This document shows positions 28,015-40,532 of a stretch of 64,000 nt of DNA, piece by piece (position 1 is the stretch's first letter; the number at the start of each line of letters is the position of its first letter). This DNA is from Lama guanicoe (lineage: Eukaryota), in assembly GCA_013239625.1 (NCBI GenBank), contig MU054187.1, forward strand, positions 14,542,974 through 14,606,973. Reading direction: 5' to 3'. Under the pieces are notes generated by a model. The model searched no databases, had not been told where the DNA came from, and saw only the letters and a list, made by a program, of their open reading frames with translations. Both the position numbers and the translations under genes were made by a program.

Positions 28015-29005
28015 AAGGAATTTGAATAGACATTTCTCCAACAATGGCATACAAATAACCAACAAGGGGGCAGGGGAGAGGGTATAGAGTGTGTGCTTAG
28101 CGTGCACAAGATCTCGGCTTCAATCCCTGGTACCTCCATTAAAAAAATAAATAAACCTAATTATGATCCCAACAACAAAAAAAATACCCAACAAGCTTAT
28201 GAAAAGATACTAAACATCATTAATATCAGAGACATGCTAATGAAAACTACAATGAGATACCACTTCTGACCTATAAGGATGGCCATTAGCAAAAAAAGAA
28301 GGAAAGAAAGAAAAGAAGAGGGACAAAGTAAGTATCGGTGAAGATGTGGGAACGTAGAGCCCTCGTTCATTAACAGTGGGAATGTGAAATGGTACAGCCA
28401 CTATGGAAAACCGTAATGAAACACAGAATTACCAAAGGACCCAGCAATTTCACTTCTGGATATACACCCAAAATAACTGAAAGCAGGGACCTAACCAGGT
28501 ATGTGTACACCCATGTTCACTGCAGCATTATTCACAATAGCCATAAGGTGGAAGCAACCCAACTGTCTATCCATGGATGAATGGATAAACAAAATGTGGT
28601 ATATACATAAAAAGGAATATTATTCAGCCTTAAAGGGGAAATTCTGACACATGCAATAGCATGGATGAACTCTGAAGACATTATGCTAAGTAAAATAAGC
28701 CAGTCACAAAAGGACACAAATTGTACAATTCCACTTATATGAGAAACCTAGAATAGTCAAATTCATAGAGACAGAAAGTAGAGTGGGGTGGTTGGCAGGC
28801 GCTGGTGGATTGGAGAATGGGAAGCTAGTGTTTTAATGGGCACAGAGTTTCAGTTTGAGAATATCAAAAAATTCTGCAGATGGATGATGGCGATGGTTGT
28901 AGAACACGCTTCATGTACCAAATGCAACCATATACTTAAAAATGGTTAAAATGGTCGACTTTATGTTTACATATATTTTACCACAATTTAAAAATTAAAA
29001 AATTA
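28015..29005 (+). mobile_element. L1MB-like 3' end
   Basis: ORF2 end (MVQPLWKT...) plus 3'UTR atggttaaaatggtcgactttatgttacatatattttaccacaattt. Confidence 0.88.
28067..28181 (+). mobile_element. Vic-1-type SINE with A-box deletion
   Basis: gggtatagagtgtgtgcttagc lacks ctcagtggtag; TSD aaataaccaacaag / aaatacccaacaag. Confidence 0.85.
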
Positions 29006-29811
29006 AAGGAAACAACAAGTCACTTCTTTTTGAAAAGCACTTTCAGTGAGAATAGAATTTAAAGTTGACAAGTACTTTTCTTTCCATATCTTAAAGATGT
29101 CACTCCACTCTTTTCTGGCTTGCAGTTTCCAACAAAAACTGTCATTCTTATCTCTATGTCTCTGTTCGTAATGTCTTTTTTCCTCTGATTGCTTTTAAGA
29201 TTTCCTTTCACTATCACTGATTTTCAGCCATTTGATTATGATGTGCCTTGGTGTGATTTTTTAATGTTTCCCTCAAATTAGATTCATTGGGCTCTATAGG
29301 TCCATGGGGTTTATAGTTTTCAATTAACATAGAAAAATTTTGGTCATTATTTGTTCTAAGATTTTCCACTTCCCTCTCTTCTCCTGAGAATCTAATTAAT
29401 TTATCTTAGACTACATGATATTATCCAACAGGCCATAGATGTTCTGCTCATTTTTTTTATACTTTTCACTCTGTACTTCATTTTGGATAGTTGCTCTTCC
29501 TACATATTTAAAATCACTTGTCTTTTCTTCTACAGTCTTATCTGCTATTAATTCCATCCAGTACTTGTTAATTGCAGGTATTGCACTCATCTCTAGAACT
29601 TGCATTTAAACATATATTTTTATCTTTTATTTCTGTCCTCAACATTTTCCTGTTTTCCTTTACCTTCCTGAACATTGACGGCGTATTAATAGCAACTCTT
29701 TTCATAGCTTTATCTGTTAAATCAATCATCTTAGTCATTTCTGGGTCTCTATTGATTGATTTTTTTTTATCCTTGTTATGGATCATATTCTCACGTTTCT
29801 TTGTAAATATT

Positions 29812-32800
29812 TTTTTTTATTGAAGTGTAATTGACACAACACCAAATGAACCATTTCAAAGTGAAGATACCGGTGGCATTTAGTATATTCGCAGTGCTGT
29901 GCACGTACCACCTCTACCTAGTTCCGAAACACTGTTATCACACCAAATTAACTCTGTACTCACTAGGCCATTACTCCTGTTTTCTCCTTTCTCCCAGGAC
30001 CTGGCAACCACCAAGCTATGTTCTGTCTGTATAAATTTATTTATTCTGGATATTTCACACAGATGGAATCATACAGTACGTGGTCCCATGTCTGACTTCT
30101 TTCACTTAGCAAAATGTTTCTGAGGTTCACCATACTGTATCATGTACCAGTACATCATTTTTTTTTTTACAGCTGAATAATATCCTATGGCATGTATATG
30201 CCAGTTTGTTTACCCATTCATCCTTCTACAGACATCTGGGCTGCTTCCACCATTTGGCTATTATAAACAGTTTTACTCTGAACATGTGTGTACATACATT
30301 TGAGTACATTTTCAATTCTATTTGGTATACATCTAGCAGTGGAATTGTATGGTAATTCTGTTTAACTTTTTAAAGAACTGACACAGTTTTCCACAGAAGG
30401 TGAAACACTTTGCAGTCCCACCAAGTGTTCTGGTTTCTTCACATCCTCACCAACACTTGTTACTGTTTCATTCTAGCCATCCTAGTGAGCATCAAGTGGC
30501 ACTCAGTCTGGTCTTCCTTTGCATTTCCATAATCACTGATGAGGTTGAGCATTTGTTCATGTGCATGTTGGCCATTTGTACATCTTTGGAAAACTGTCTA
30601 TTCAAGTCCTTTTCTTGTTTTTAGTTGGGTTATCTTCTTGTTGAGTTATGAGAGTTTTAGTTCTTATATTTAGGTTATTGATCCACTTTGACCTAATTTT
30701 TACATGTGGTTTGAAGTAGGGATCCAAGTTTATTCTTTTGCATGTGGATATCCAATTGTCCCAGAACTATTTATTGAAAAGATTATTATTTCCTGCATTG
30801 AATGATCTTGGCAATCTTTCCAAAGTCAGTTAGCTATAGTTTATTTCTAGCCTCTCAATTCTATTCCACTGATCTATACCTTTATCCTTATGCCAGTGCC
30901 ACACTGTTTCGATTACTGTAGTTTTACACACAAGCCCTCCAACTCTGTTCTCTTTTAGGATTGTTCTGGCTATTTGGGTCCACTGCAATTCCCTAAGAAG
31001 CTAAAGATCAGTTTTGCCAGTTCTGCAAAAAAGGTCACTGGAATTTTAACAGACATCACACTGAATCCATATGTTGCTTTGCATAGTATTGCCAAATTAA
31101 CAATACTAAGTCTTCCGATCCATAAATACAAAACATTTTTCCATTTTTTCAGGTCGTCTTTAATTTCTTTCAACAATGTTGTATAGTTTTCAGAGTACAA
31201 GTATTTTAATTCCCGTATGCTTCTGGATGCTATTATAAATGGAACTGTTTTCTTAATTTCCTTTTTGGATTGTACACTGCTGGTTTACAAAAACACTATT
31301 GTATTTTGTGTGTTGATTTGTACTTACAACACTTCTGAATATGTTTATTAGCTCTATTTGGGTTTTTTTGTAGATTCTTTGGGATTTTCTAAATATAAGG
31401 TAGCATGTCATCTGCAAAGAGAAATATTTTTACTTCTTCCTTCCCAATCTGGATATACCTTATTTCTTTTTCTTGCCTGATTGCTGTGGCTATAACTTCC
31501 AGTACACTGCGGAATAGCAGTATTGAGAATAGGCATCCTTTTCTTGTCCATGAACATAAAGAGAAAGCTTTTAGTCTTTCGCCATTGAGTTGGATGTTAG
31601 CTATGAGTTCTCCATAAATGCCCTTTATCATGTTGAAGAAGTTCCTTTCTATTCCTAGTTTTTGAGTGTTTCTATTATGAACAGGTGTTGGATTTTGTCA
31701 AATGCTTTCTGTAACAACTGAGGTGATCATGTGGATTTTTTTCCTTCGTTCTGTTAATGTGGTGGATTACACTGATTGACTTTCCTATGTTGAACCACTC
31801 TTGCATTCCTGGAATAAACTGCACTTGGTCAAGGTGTACAGTCCTTTAAACATATTGTTGGATTCACCTTGTCAGTATTCTGTTGAAGTTTTTTGCTCTA
31901 TATTCATAAGAAATATTGATGTGTAGTTTTTTTTGTTTTTTTTTTTTTGCTTTTTCTTCTGGTGTCTTTGTTTAGCTTTATTATCAGGGTAATACTGGCT
32001 TCACAGAATAAGTTAGGAAGTATTCCCTCCTCTCTTATGTTTTGGAAGAGTTTGAGAAGGAATGGTGTTAACTCCTCTTTAAATGTTTTGTAAAAATTCA
32101 TCAGTGAAGCCATCCAGTCCTGGATTTTTCTTTGGGAGGGATTTTTTTTTTTTTAATTACTGATTCAATCCATTTTTACTTCTTATAGGTCTGTTCATAT
32201 TTTCTGTTTTTTTGAGTCAGTTTTGGTAATCTGTGTTTCTAGAAATTTGTCCATTTCGTGTAGGTTATCCAATCTGTTGGCATACAATTGCTCACAGTAC
32301 CCTCTTATAATCCTTTTCATTTCTTTAAGGTTAATGGTAATGTCCCCACTTCCATTTCTGATTTTAGTTATATGCGTCTTTGCTCTTTTTGTCAGTCTAG
32401 CTAAAGGTTTGTCAATTTTGTTGATCTTTTCAAAGAATCAACTTTCGGTTTTACTGATTCTCTATATTGTTTCCCATTCTCTATTTTGCTTACTTCCACT
32501 TTAATCTTTCTGATTTTCTTTCTTCGGCTAACTTTGGGTTTAATTTGCTCCTCTTTTTCTAGTTTCCTTAAGGTAAAAAGTCAGGCTATTTGTTTGAGAT
32601 CTTCCCTCTTTTCTAATTGTAGGTTTACTGCTATAAATTTCCCTCTGAGCACTGCTTTCACTGCATCCCATAGTTACAGTATATTGTGTTTTCATTTTCA
32701 TTTGTCTCTAATTATTTTCCAATTTCCCCTGTGATTTCTTCTTTGACTTGTTGGTTATTTAAGAATGTGTTTTTAATTTCCACTTATTTGTGAGTTTTTC

Positions 32801-33078
32801 AGTATTCTTTCTGTCATTGATTTCTAGCTTCATTCCACTGTGACCAAAGTAGCTACACTGCATGATTTCAATCTTTTAAAATGTATTGAGACTTGTTTTG
32901 TGGCCCAATATGTGGTCTATTCCTGGAGAATGTTTCACGTACACTTGAAAAATAATGTGTATTCTGCTGTTGCTGGGTGTTCTGTATGTATCTGTTAGGT
33001 CTAATTAGTTTATAGTGGTGTTCAAGTCCTCTGTTTCCTTACTGATCTTCTGTCTAGATGCTCTATTCCTTATTCAAG
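29812..33078 (-). mobile_element. L1MB-like element (3'UTR plus ORF2 RT region) nested in the older L1
   Basis: ORF 31389-31631 contains RT motifs KGCLFSILLF and LFADDM; T-tract/3' end at ~29812. Confidence 0.88.
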
Positions 33079-33711
33079 ATGAGGTAAGCATTTTAATTTT
33101 GGACTGGATTACAAACATCATGAATTTTACATTGTTGCACTCTGAATTGCTCCTCAATATACTTTTAGACTTTGTTCTGGTGCACGTTACAAGTACTTGG
33201 GATCTTCTGGGGCCTTCTGGAGACTGCAATGCCCCATGTATTGCAAGGTCCCTACACTATAGATAGTAGAGACACAAACTATTCCCAGCCTTTGTGAGCC
33301 CGAGAAATTTTCTTACTGCTTTCCAGTAGTTCTTTCCCTGGCTTTCCATAGGTCCTGTCATGCATCTACAGATCAGACTCAGCAAAATATTCAAGACGAT
33401 AATCCTCTGTGGCCACTCTCCCCCACAGCTCCCTTCTCTCTGGTGCTCTGTGCTACAGTTCTAATCACCTTGGCCTTCCCAAATGCTGATCTTTGTTTCC
33501 TAGTCCCATCAAAACTGGGATCTGTTTTGATTCCTCCTCCTCTCACTGTGGCCTGTGAACAGTCTAGTCTCTACTGTAAACTGGTGCAACACAAGGGCTT
33601 ACCTCATTTGTTTCCATTGTCTCAGGGACCACAGTCTGGTGCCACCTGTCACCCAATGTCTAAAAGCCACTGGTCACATGTCTAGATGTTCACAAGTTAT
33701 TTAAGGAGAAA

Positions 33712-34258
33712 GGGTTTATTAGTGCTGCATAACAAATTACCCCCAACTTAGTGACTTTGAAAAAACAAGCATTTATTTTTTTCATAGTTTCTGAGGTTCA
33801 GCAATCAAGGAGCAGCTTGGCTGGGTGGTTCTAGCTCAGAATTTCTCATGGGGGTGCAGTCAAGATGTCAGTGGGCCAGTAGTCTGAGGCTGGAAGCCAG
33901 ACAAGGGCTGAGAGATCTGCTTCCACGAAGGCTCAGTCACACACTGTTGGCTAAAGGCCTTGGTTCCTTGTTAGCTGTTGGCAGGAGCCTCCATTTCTCA
34001 CCATGTGGGCCTCTACATAGGGCTGTTCACAACACGGCAGCCAACTACTCTCAGAGTGAGCAGTGTGGGGTGGCACAGAGGGAGAGAGAGGAGGATGCAG
34101 AAGCCACAATGTCTTTTAAAACTGATCCTTGGAAATGATCCATCACCTCTACCATATTCTACTGGCCACACACACAAATGTGTGGGAGGATTACACAACG
34201 GTGTAAATAGCAGGGGGCATGGATCGCTGGGAGCCACCTTGGAAGCTGGCTACCCACA
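33712..34258 (-). mobile_element. MaLR solo LTR (MLT1F-like)
   Basis: gctgcataacaaattacccc...agcttggctgggtggttctagctcag...gccaccttggaagctggctacccaca. Confidence 0.8.
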
Positions 34259-37200
34259 GGATAAATCTTGTTATGCCAGCATGGCAGAAAGCCAAAGTGT
34301 CTTTATACATTTTAACTTTCTTATGTTTCCTGCACTTTTAATCCTATCACTGTAGCCTGCATCCTATGACTTCAAGTGAGATAGGCAAATTGTAGATCCT
34401 ACCCCAAAGCCAGACTTGGAGAAAAAACAAGTAAACTTAAGTAGTAGCAGCTTTTAAGAAAAAAGGCTAGAGTTCTGGTGCCTACAGAAGAAAAGGAGAG
34501 CACCTGCAGCTCACCTGGGTTTGAAAAATGTCCAAGTGCTTCACTTCCACAAACAACTACTTCAATGACCAACCTAAATGTCTGCCCTCCTGTCTCATCA
34601 ATCTCCAAAGTAGCAACAGCAACACCTCCAGTCCCAGTAACACTAACAGAGTAGCAAGAATAGCAGGGCCAATGCTAAGCACGTGGCCTCTGTCATCTCA
34701 ATGACTCCTCGCAACAAACCTGTGAGACAGGTACCATTATCCTTTAAATGCTAGGCCTTTTGTTTCTTGATGATCAACCCTGGCTTTACACTTCACCGTA
34801 CACCTTGATACAACTTTATTCTTTCTCTATAACACCTGGCTCCCTCTTGCCCTACAGGGTTCTCCACTCTCCTGGCACTGAAATTCAGTTTGTCCTCCTC
34901 ATTCTCCCATTCCCCTTGAGTCAGGCCTTAAAGCTTCCCCTTAGCTTCCATGTTCCCAACAGCTACTACCAAACGTCTTTAAAAGGAACCACCAGACTAC
35001 TTAGGCCTCTGTTAATCCCCTGCTGCTGGGCTCTCCCAATGCAGCCTGACGTAGATTCCCCAACCCCATAGGACACACTGCCCTGTCAAGTCTGCATCAC
35101 TAACTAACCCCCCCAAATTCGCCCTATTTCAGTCACTAATTGTAAAATATTATTTCATAGCACATGTGCCTTCTTAATTTATATTTGCTACAGCTTAATG
35201 TTAAAATGGGTTTCCTTTCCCTAAGGGCTTATAAATTAATCATCAGGGAGAAAGGTCCAAAATACACAAAAATCTTACTTAGTATGGTGCCCTGGAAACA
35301 CAGGACATCATCATTTATTTTTTGAATAATGAATGAAAAAATATGAAGTAATGATTATAAACAGTAGCTCAGAAAATTCTCAAAGGAATTTTCTCAAAAT
35401 CCAAAGAATTTTATTTACAAATAAAAAGGTAAAGATGCTAGGGGACACATACAAGCAATTCACAAAAGACAAGACACAAAAGAACAAATATAAGCAAACC
35501 ATAGAAATGAAAATTAAAACATCACTTTTTGTCAGACAGATTGAAAAAGACTGAAAATTTGCCAAGGAAATATGGGGAAAAGCATTCTAATAAACTTTCA
35601 ACAGATAAAATTCTGTATTTTTGGTATTTATGCATCAAATATCTTTAAAATCTGCATACCCCTTTGACTAGTATTTCCATTTCTAATAATTAATTGCAAG
35701 AAAATAATGGACAAAGGAACACAGATACATGCAAAAAAAAATACTCACTGTGGCACTATGATAGGAAATCTGTCCAACAATAAGGATTTGATTAAATAAA
35801 TTTTAGTGCTTCCAAACTATGGATTATTATTAAGTCACTTCAGAATATTCTGTATTACATAATCCCAGTTTTTTAAATAACATATATTCACATAAAAACA
35901 TACCTGTATAGAAAAAAATCTATAAGTATACACCCCAAAATGTTAGCAGTGATTATTTCTGTAAAAGAATAGTGGAATTACTTGCAATTTTTTCCCTTTT
36001 ACTTATCTATACCACCTAATTTTTCTACATGAGTTGCACATGGATAACAACACACATTCTTAAAAGGCAAAAGTAAAAATGAGGTGCACAATTTAAAGGT
36101 GGAAGTGCCATTATCATAACAGAACATGGAACATCCCCATGTTCCCTAATAATAATAATGTCAGCAGAATTAATATCAAATAAAATATAAGTAGCTTAGT
36201 GTTCAATAGCCTAGTCTTTAATTAGTTCTAGGAACATATATGGAAGAATCTGCTAGTACTATGCAGGCATTTTAAGAAAACAAAAGACCTCCCAAATAAA
36301 AATTTAGCACTAATCCTACAGGCGGTGTTAAAAATCACACAGTAAAAATCTCAAATATGTCAAGATCAGTGTCAGCTTCAATCGCCTTTTCATGCCTTTC
36401 CACATTATCCTGAGAGCCCTCTAATGGTAGAGCAGCCACCATGAAAATAATAAAACATAAAAGCCACTCATAAATTTAAGAATTCAATGTGACTTAAGGT
36501 CTGGATGAAGAGAAGGTCATCTCCACAACTTCCACTATTCCAAATTAGCTTCACTTTTCCCCTCAGACTTGAACATTTTGGGGGATAAAACTTAGTCAAT
36601 AACAAGTAAGGGTCCTGAAGTGAGTCAAGGAATACATATCTCTTATGAGCAAAGCATGCGCGTCTCCAGACACTGTGGACAACGCCAGCCAAAGCCCAGG
36701 GAACTGCCTATGGCCATGCAGAATGTCACCCAGGAGTTGTTTTCAATGCCTGGTTCAACGTGACCACTAGCACAGTCAGCAAATCCTCATTAAGACTAAC
36801 TTATAAACCGTAATTTTCAATGATGTTGACTGGCATAAAATGAGTGATCACTTCCATCTGTCTATGGTAGAATAGGAAACAAATTATTCTAATTGCACCC
36901 ATATAATTAAGGGCAGGTGTCTGCACAGTCACTTAGGGGGAACTACAGCACAGTTTGAACGTCATGACTCATCAAACTGCATCAACGCAGCCAGTGGGAC
37001 CTGACAGCAGCCGTGAAGGCACAGGAAGCACCAAGCACAGTATGATTCCTTTTATCCTGTGTTAGTAACATCTTTGATGGAAGCAATATCTGCTGCACAA
37101 GAAAACTGTCTAGTCCAAGGAGAAAACTGAAGAACAACTTTGAATAAGGGAGAGATTTTACACTAGTGGCATTTGTGTAAAGCAACATAATATGATACCA

Positions 37201-37269
37201 AAACTAACAATGCAATCACGTGGTTATTGTCAACAAAAACGGAGATCTCCTGGCTTTAGTGACAACCCT

Positions 37270-37800
37270 GGCATCATTCATCTACTTGTTCAGCAAACAC
37301 ATGAAAACCATATATAACAAGAACTATTCTAGGACCTGGGGATGCAGGAGTAAACAAGCAAAGTGACTGCCTTCGCGAAGCACATCTAACAAGGAAGACA
37401 GATGTAAAATATTTACACAGCTGAATAAAACTTCAAATGCCAGGATGTCACTAAATAAAAGGGCAGGGTGCTATGAGAGCAACTCCTACGCCTGGGAGTC
37501 CAGGGAGCCAAGCACAGAGGAAGGGAGGAGAGGTCCAGGGAGAGGTAGTTTGTGCAAAGACCCTGCAGCTGGAACGAACCTGCTCATTCTAAGACCTGAA
37601 AGAGTCTAGTTTGACTGAAACATTTAAATTGTTTCCTGGGCACACATTAAGTTTGAGATCCTGTGATGTTAAGAGATCAAGGTGGTAACTGCTACTTGAG
37701 TCTGGAGCTCAGAAAAGAAGCCCAGACTAGGTATAAACTTAGAAGTCAGTGGCTTCGAGATGGTATGTGACACAAAGGAACTGGAGATCTCTTAGGCAAG
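37270..37800 (-). mobile_element. L2 3' region
   Basis: cattcatctacttgttcagcaaaca...tattctaggacctggggatgcaggagtaaacaag. Confidence 0.6.
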
Positions 37801-38483
37801 GTGAGCTCGATGGGCGAGGGGTGGGTGTGGTGGTCATTGTTTCTTCAAATCACAAAAAATTAATTACTTCTTGCAATCTCATTACTTCTCTCTTGATTTG
37901 CACATGTGAAATGAAACAAAGTATTTTCTAACATTACAGTTATGATACAATGCCCTTCTTGTTCAGAAAGGATAAGATTAAAGGTATGAAGTCATTGGAG
38001 AAATGCCAAGACCTAAGAAAAATATTTCTTTCAGTGAGTCTAGGGCATTAAATGCTACAGTTTATTTAGCAGAGCACCTCCTTCTAGCCTTTTCCAGTGC
38101 CCTAGAAAAAAGAATCTTTTTTTAACACAGTGATACAGCTACTTCAAAAGATTTGTCACTAGAAACACTTCCAGTCTGCAGAACTGCCACCTGCCGAAGT
38201 CAGATCACGACTGTAAGCATTCTGAGCACACCAGCAAGTCCTGGAGGGATGTGACATCAAAAAGAACAGACCTCCTGCTCTGTACACTCAAAAGTTATCA
38301 ATTTTCAGGACCATCACTATAACGCTTACTCAGCCTGCCCTGCAGTCTTTCTATGATGAATATATAGTATATAATTGCTCTGTCAAGTGGTAGTCAGGTT
38401 ATGGTTATAGAAAAGCTGAGTTAAAATCCACGACAGATGGCCCAAGCACCATATAAGTGCGGCATGCCTTAACACAAACTCAC

Positions 38484-38501
38484 CTGATTTATCTGAAGCA
38501 T
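38484..38501 (-). CDS. STAU2: Alternative N-terminus MLQINQ of short Staufen-2 isoforms (used when exon 17201-17331 is skipped)
   Basis: ATG CTT CAG ATA AAT CAG ends in phase 0 and joins in frame to MFSVQ; MLQINQMFSVQ is the known start of the truncated-dsRBD1 isoforms. Confidence 0.88.
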
Positions 38502-38549
38502 GTTAAAACAATAGTGACCAAACTGCTGTATCCCTCACGGCTCCAAAAA
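38484..38549 (-). other. STAU2: STAU2 exon 3 (66 nt), 5'UTR or alternative start exon
   Basis: Pyrimidine tract ttcttcattttcattttctAG| (AG 38551-38550); consensus donor CAG|GTgagt (38483-38482); resembles the recalled STAU2 mRNA leader. Confidence 0.9.
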
Positions 38550-38659
38550 CTAGAAAATGAAAATGAAGAAACAAAGTTCAACTTAGTTGGTGATCTCAGT
38601 GATCAGCACTTTAAACACATGCCCATGACCAAAATCAAATAGAAAATGGAGATCTACAT

Positions 38660-38857
38660 CAGCACAGAGCTTCCTAAGATGATAAACATGCTCTCTATCT
38701 TTGCTGTCCAACCTGACAGCCACTAGCCACCTGTGGCTACTGAGCACTTGAAATGTGTGCTTAAAACAACTGAGAAAGTAGATTTTAAATTTCCTTTAAT
38801 GTTATTTAAACTCAAATAACCACATGTGGCTGATGACCACCATACTAGACAGTGCAG
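38660..38857. mobile_element. MER3-like hAT-Charlie MITE
   Basis: gctgtccaacctgacagccactagccacctgtggctactgagcacttgaaatgtg...ccacatgtggctgatgaccaccatactagacagtgcag. Confidence 0.75.
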
Positions 38858-39618
38858 ATCCAGGCTGAATGAAGTCCCCTCTGGTTCTAGAGTTCTAAGA
38901 TACTTTCAGCAAAAGTGAAGCTGGTTAAACAATCTAAAAGTTTCACATATTTAATATATTATATTAATATGTACACTAATATTTAATTAATATTAATTAT
39001 AATGTATATTAATATTTAATATATACTCCTGTTATTCCAGTAAGGTTTTAAACAGCTCTGCTCTCGTCCTCTATAAGATAAATTAAGCCTACAGTTACAG
39101 CGCACACATGTTCTCCTAGGGAGAATGGAAAAGAGGACACAGATCACCTAGCTGTATTTTCCCATTTGTGGTTTTATCATCATCATTATACAAACAGTAT
39201 ACATATTACAATTCTACAGAAAATCTTCAAAAAGAAAACTGCCATTCAGACATATTCCATTGTTACATCTGGATTTGTTTCCTTCTGGGTCTGACCTCCT
39301 CACCATTGGTGTATTTCTTTTCATGTAGCTAAACTTTTCCACACTTAGTTCAAAAATAGGTATCAAAGGAGGGTAGGAAAACCCAAATTTATCAATCAAG
39401 CAAGCAAGCATGAGATTTTGTAATGGGAAGAATTTACATAAAAAATAAATTATGTACAGTCCCCCCAAAAAAATTATCCAAAAAGCAACAACACAGTATT
39501 GATAAACAGCAAAAGAACTAAATCCAGTCAGTTGTGTAGAAATGTTTATGCTATAAAATGTTAATATTGAACTTCCCCTTGGAAGCAAAGATCCCCGATA
39601 CATTTCTACACACAGATA

Positions 39619-39620
<2 letters not shown>

Positions 39621-39660
<40 letters not shown>
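39621..39660 (+). repeat. (GT)20 microsatellite
   Basis: Perfect dinucleotide run ~210 nt downstream of the exon 2 donor. Confidence 0.98.
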
Positions 39661-39663
<3 letters not shown>

Positions 39664-39869
39664 TACACATTTGGCTACCATTTTTTCAAGATGACAAACT
39701 ATGGTCAATCTGAAATGACTCTGAAAGTTTTCAATACATTCCTTACAATACTGCCCTCAGCATCTGTATTGATTTTTGTATTCCCCAAGAGAATCACATG
39801 CTGTAGAAATAGTACAAGGCATGAGCACCAGTGAATTCGAGTTTTAGTCCAAGCTATTCAGGAGATTAC

Positions 39870-39988
39870 CTTTTGAGCACTGGTAAATTACTTTGAATAT
39901 CTTTGGGGTTTTGGGGATTTTTTTTGCTTTTTTCCTTTTTTTCCCCCAAATCTTTAAAAAGAATGTGAGTCCTTGTGGCAGACAGCCT
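39870..39988 (-). other. STAU2: STAU2 exon 2 (119 nt), 5'UTR
   Basis: Acceptor tctgtttgttAG|AGGCTG (39990-39989); donor AAAAG|GTaatc (39869-39868); A-rich body resembles the recalled human leader. Confidence 0.8.
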
Positions 39989-40532
39989 CTAACAAACAGA
40001 ATACAGCAGAAATAATGAGCTAGCATTTCCAAGACTGGGTTATAAAAAGATCATCATTGTGCGGGAGGGTATAGCTCAGTGGCAGAGCACATGCTTAGCA
40101 TGCACGAGGACCTGGGTTCAATCCGAGTACCTCCATTAAAAAAAAAGTTAAAATAAGAAACCATCATTTCCTCCTGAGTGTCACCTGCACTTGTTCTCTC
40201 ACTTGTTTGCTCTGAGGGAAGCTGGCTGCCACGCTGTGAGCTGCCCGGTGGACAGACCTACATGGCAAAGAACTGAGGCTTTCGGTCCAATAATCCCCAA
40301 GGAACTGAATCCTGCCGAGTCACGTGACTGAGCTCAGAAGCAGCTCTTCCCCCAGGTGAACTTTCAGATGAGACTACAGCCCCAAAGACAGCTTACCCTT
40401 AACCTCCTAGAAGACCCTGAGACACAGCACCCAGATAAGCTGCACCCAGACTTCAAACCCACAGAAGCTGAGAAAATAAACGTTTTGTTGTTTTAAGCTC
40501 TTCATTTCTGGGGTAATTTGTTATGTGACAAC
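39974..40532 (+). mobile_element. MaLR solo LTR (MLT1F-like), overlapping the exon 2 acceptor and split by a SINE
   Basis: Starts tgtggcagacagcctctaa; body catggcaaagaactgaggc...ggaactgaatcctgcc...cagatgagactacagccc; end aataaacgttttgttgttttaagc...ggggtaatttgttatg. Confidence 0.8.
40061..40157 (+). mobile_element. Vic-1-type SINE (short-tail form)
   Basis: gggagggtatagctcagtggcagagc...ggttcaatcc...ccattaaaaa; flanking catcatt repeat. Confidence 0.9.

Larger units (their letters stand above)
23630..33700 (-). mobile_element. Large fragmented L1M fossil (ORF2, ORF1, 5' region) hosting several later insertions
   Basis: Minus-strand ORF2-like frames (23856-24134, 25958-26197 KILASQIQQYIKRII...IPGMQVWFN) and ORF1-like frames (29411-29786). 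Confidence 0.8.

Noticed and set aside
31389..31631. Functional reverse transcriptase or retron-like system
   Set aside because: Short decayed L1 ORF2 fragment in a heavily interrupted frame.
38945..39025. AT-rich quasi-palindrome (cruciform candidate)
   Set aside because: Low-complexity A/T sequence; symmetry is expected by chance.
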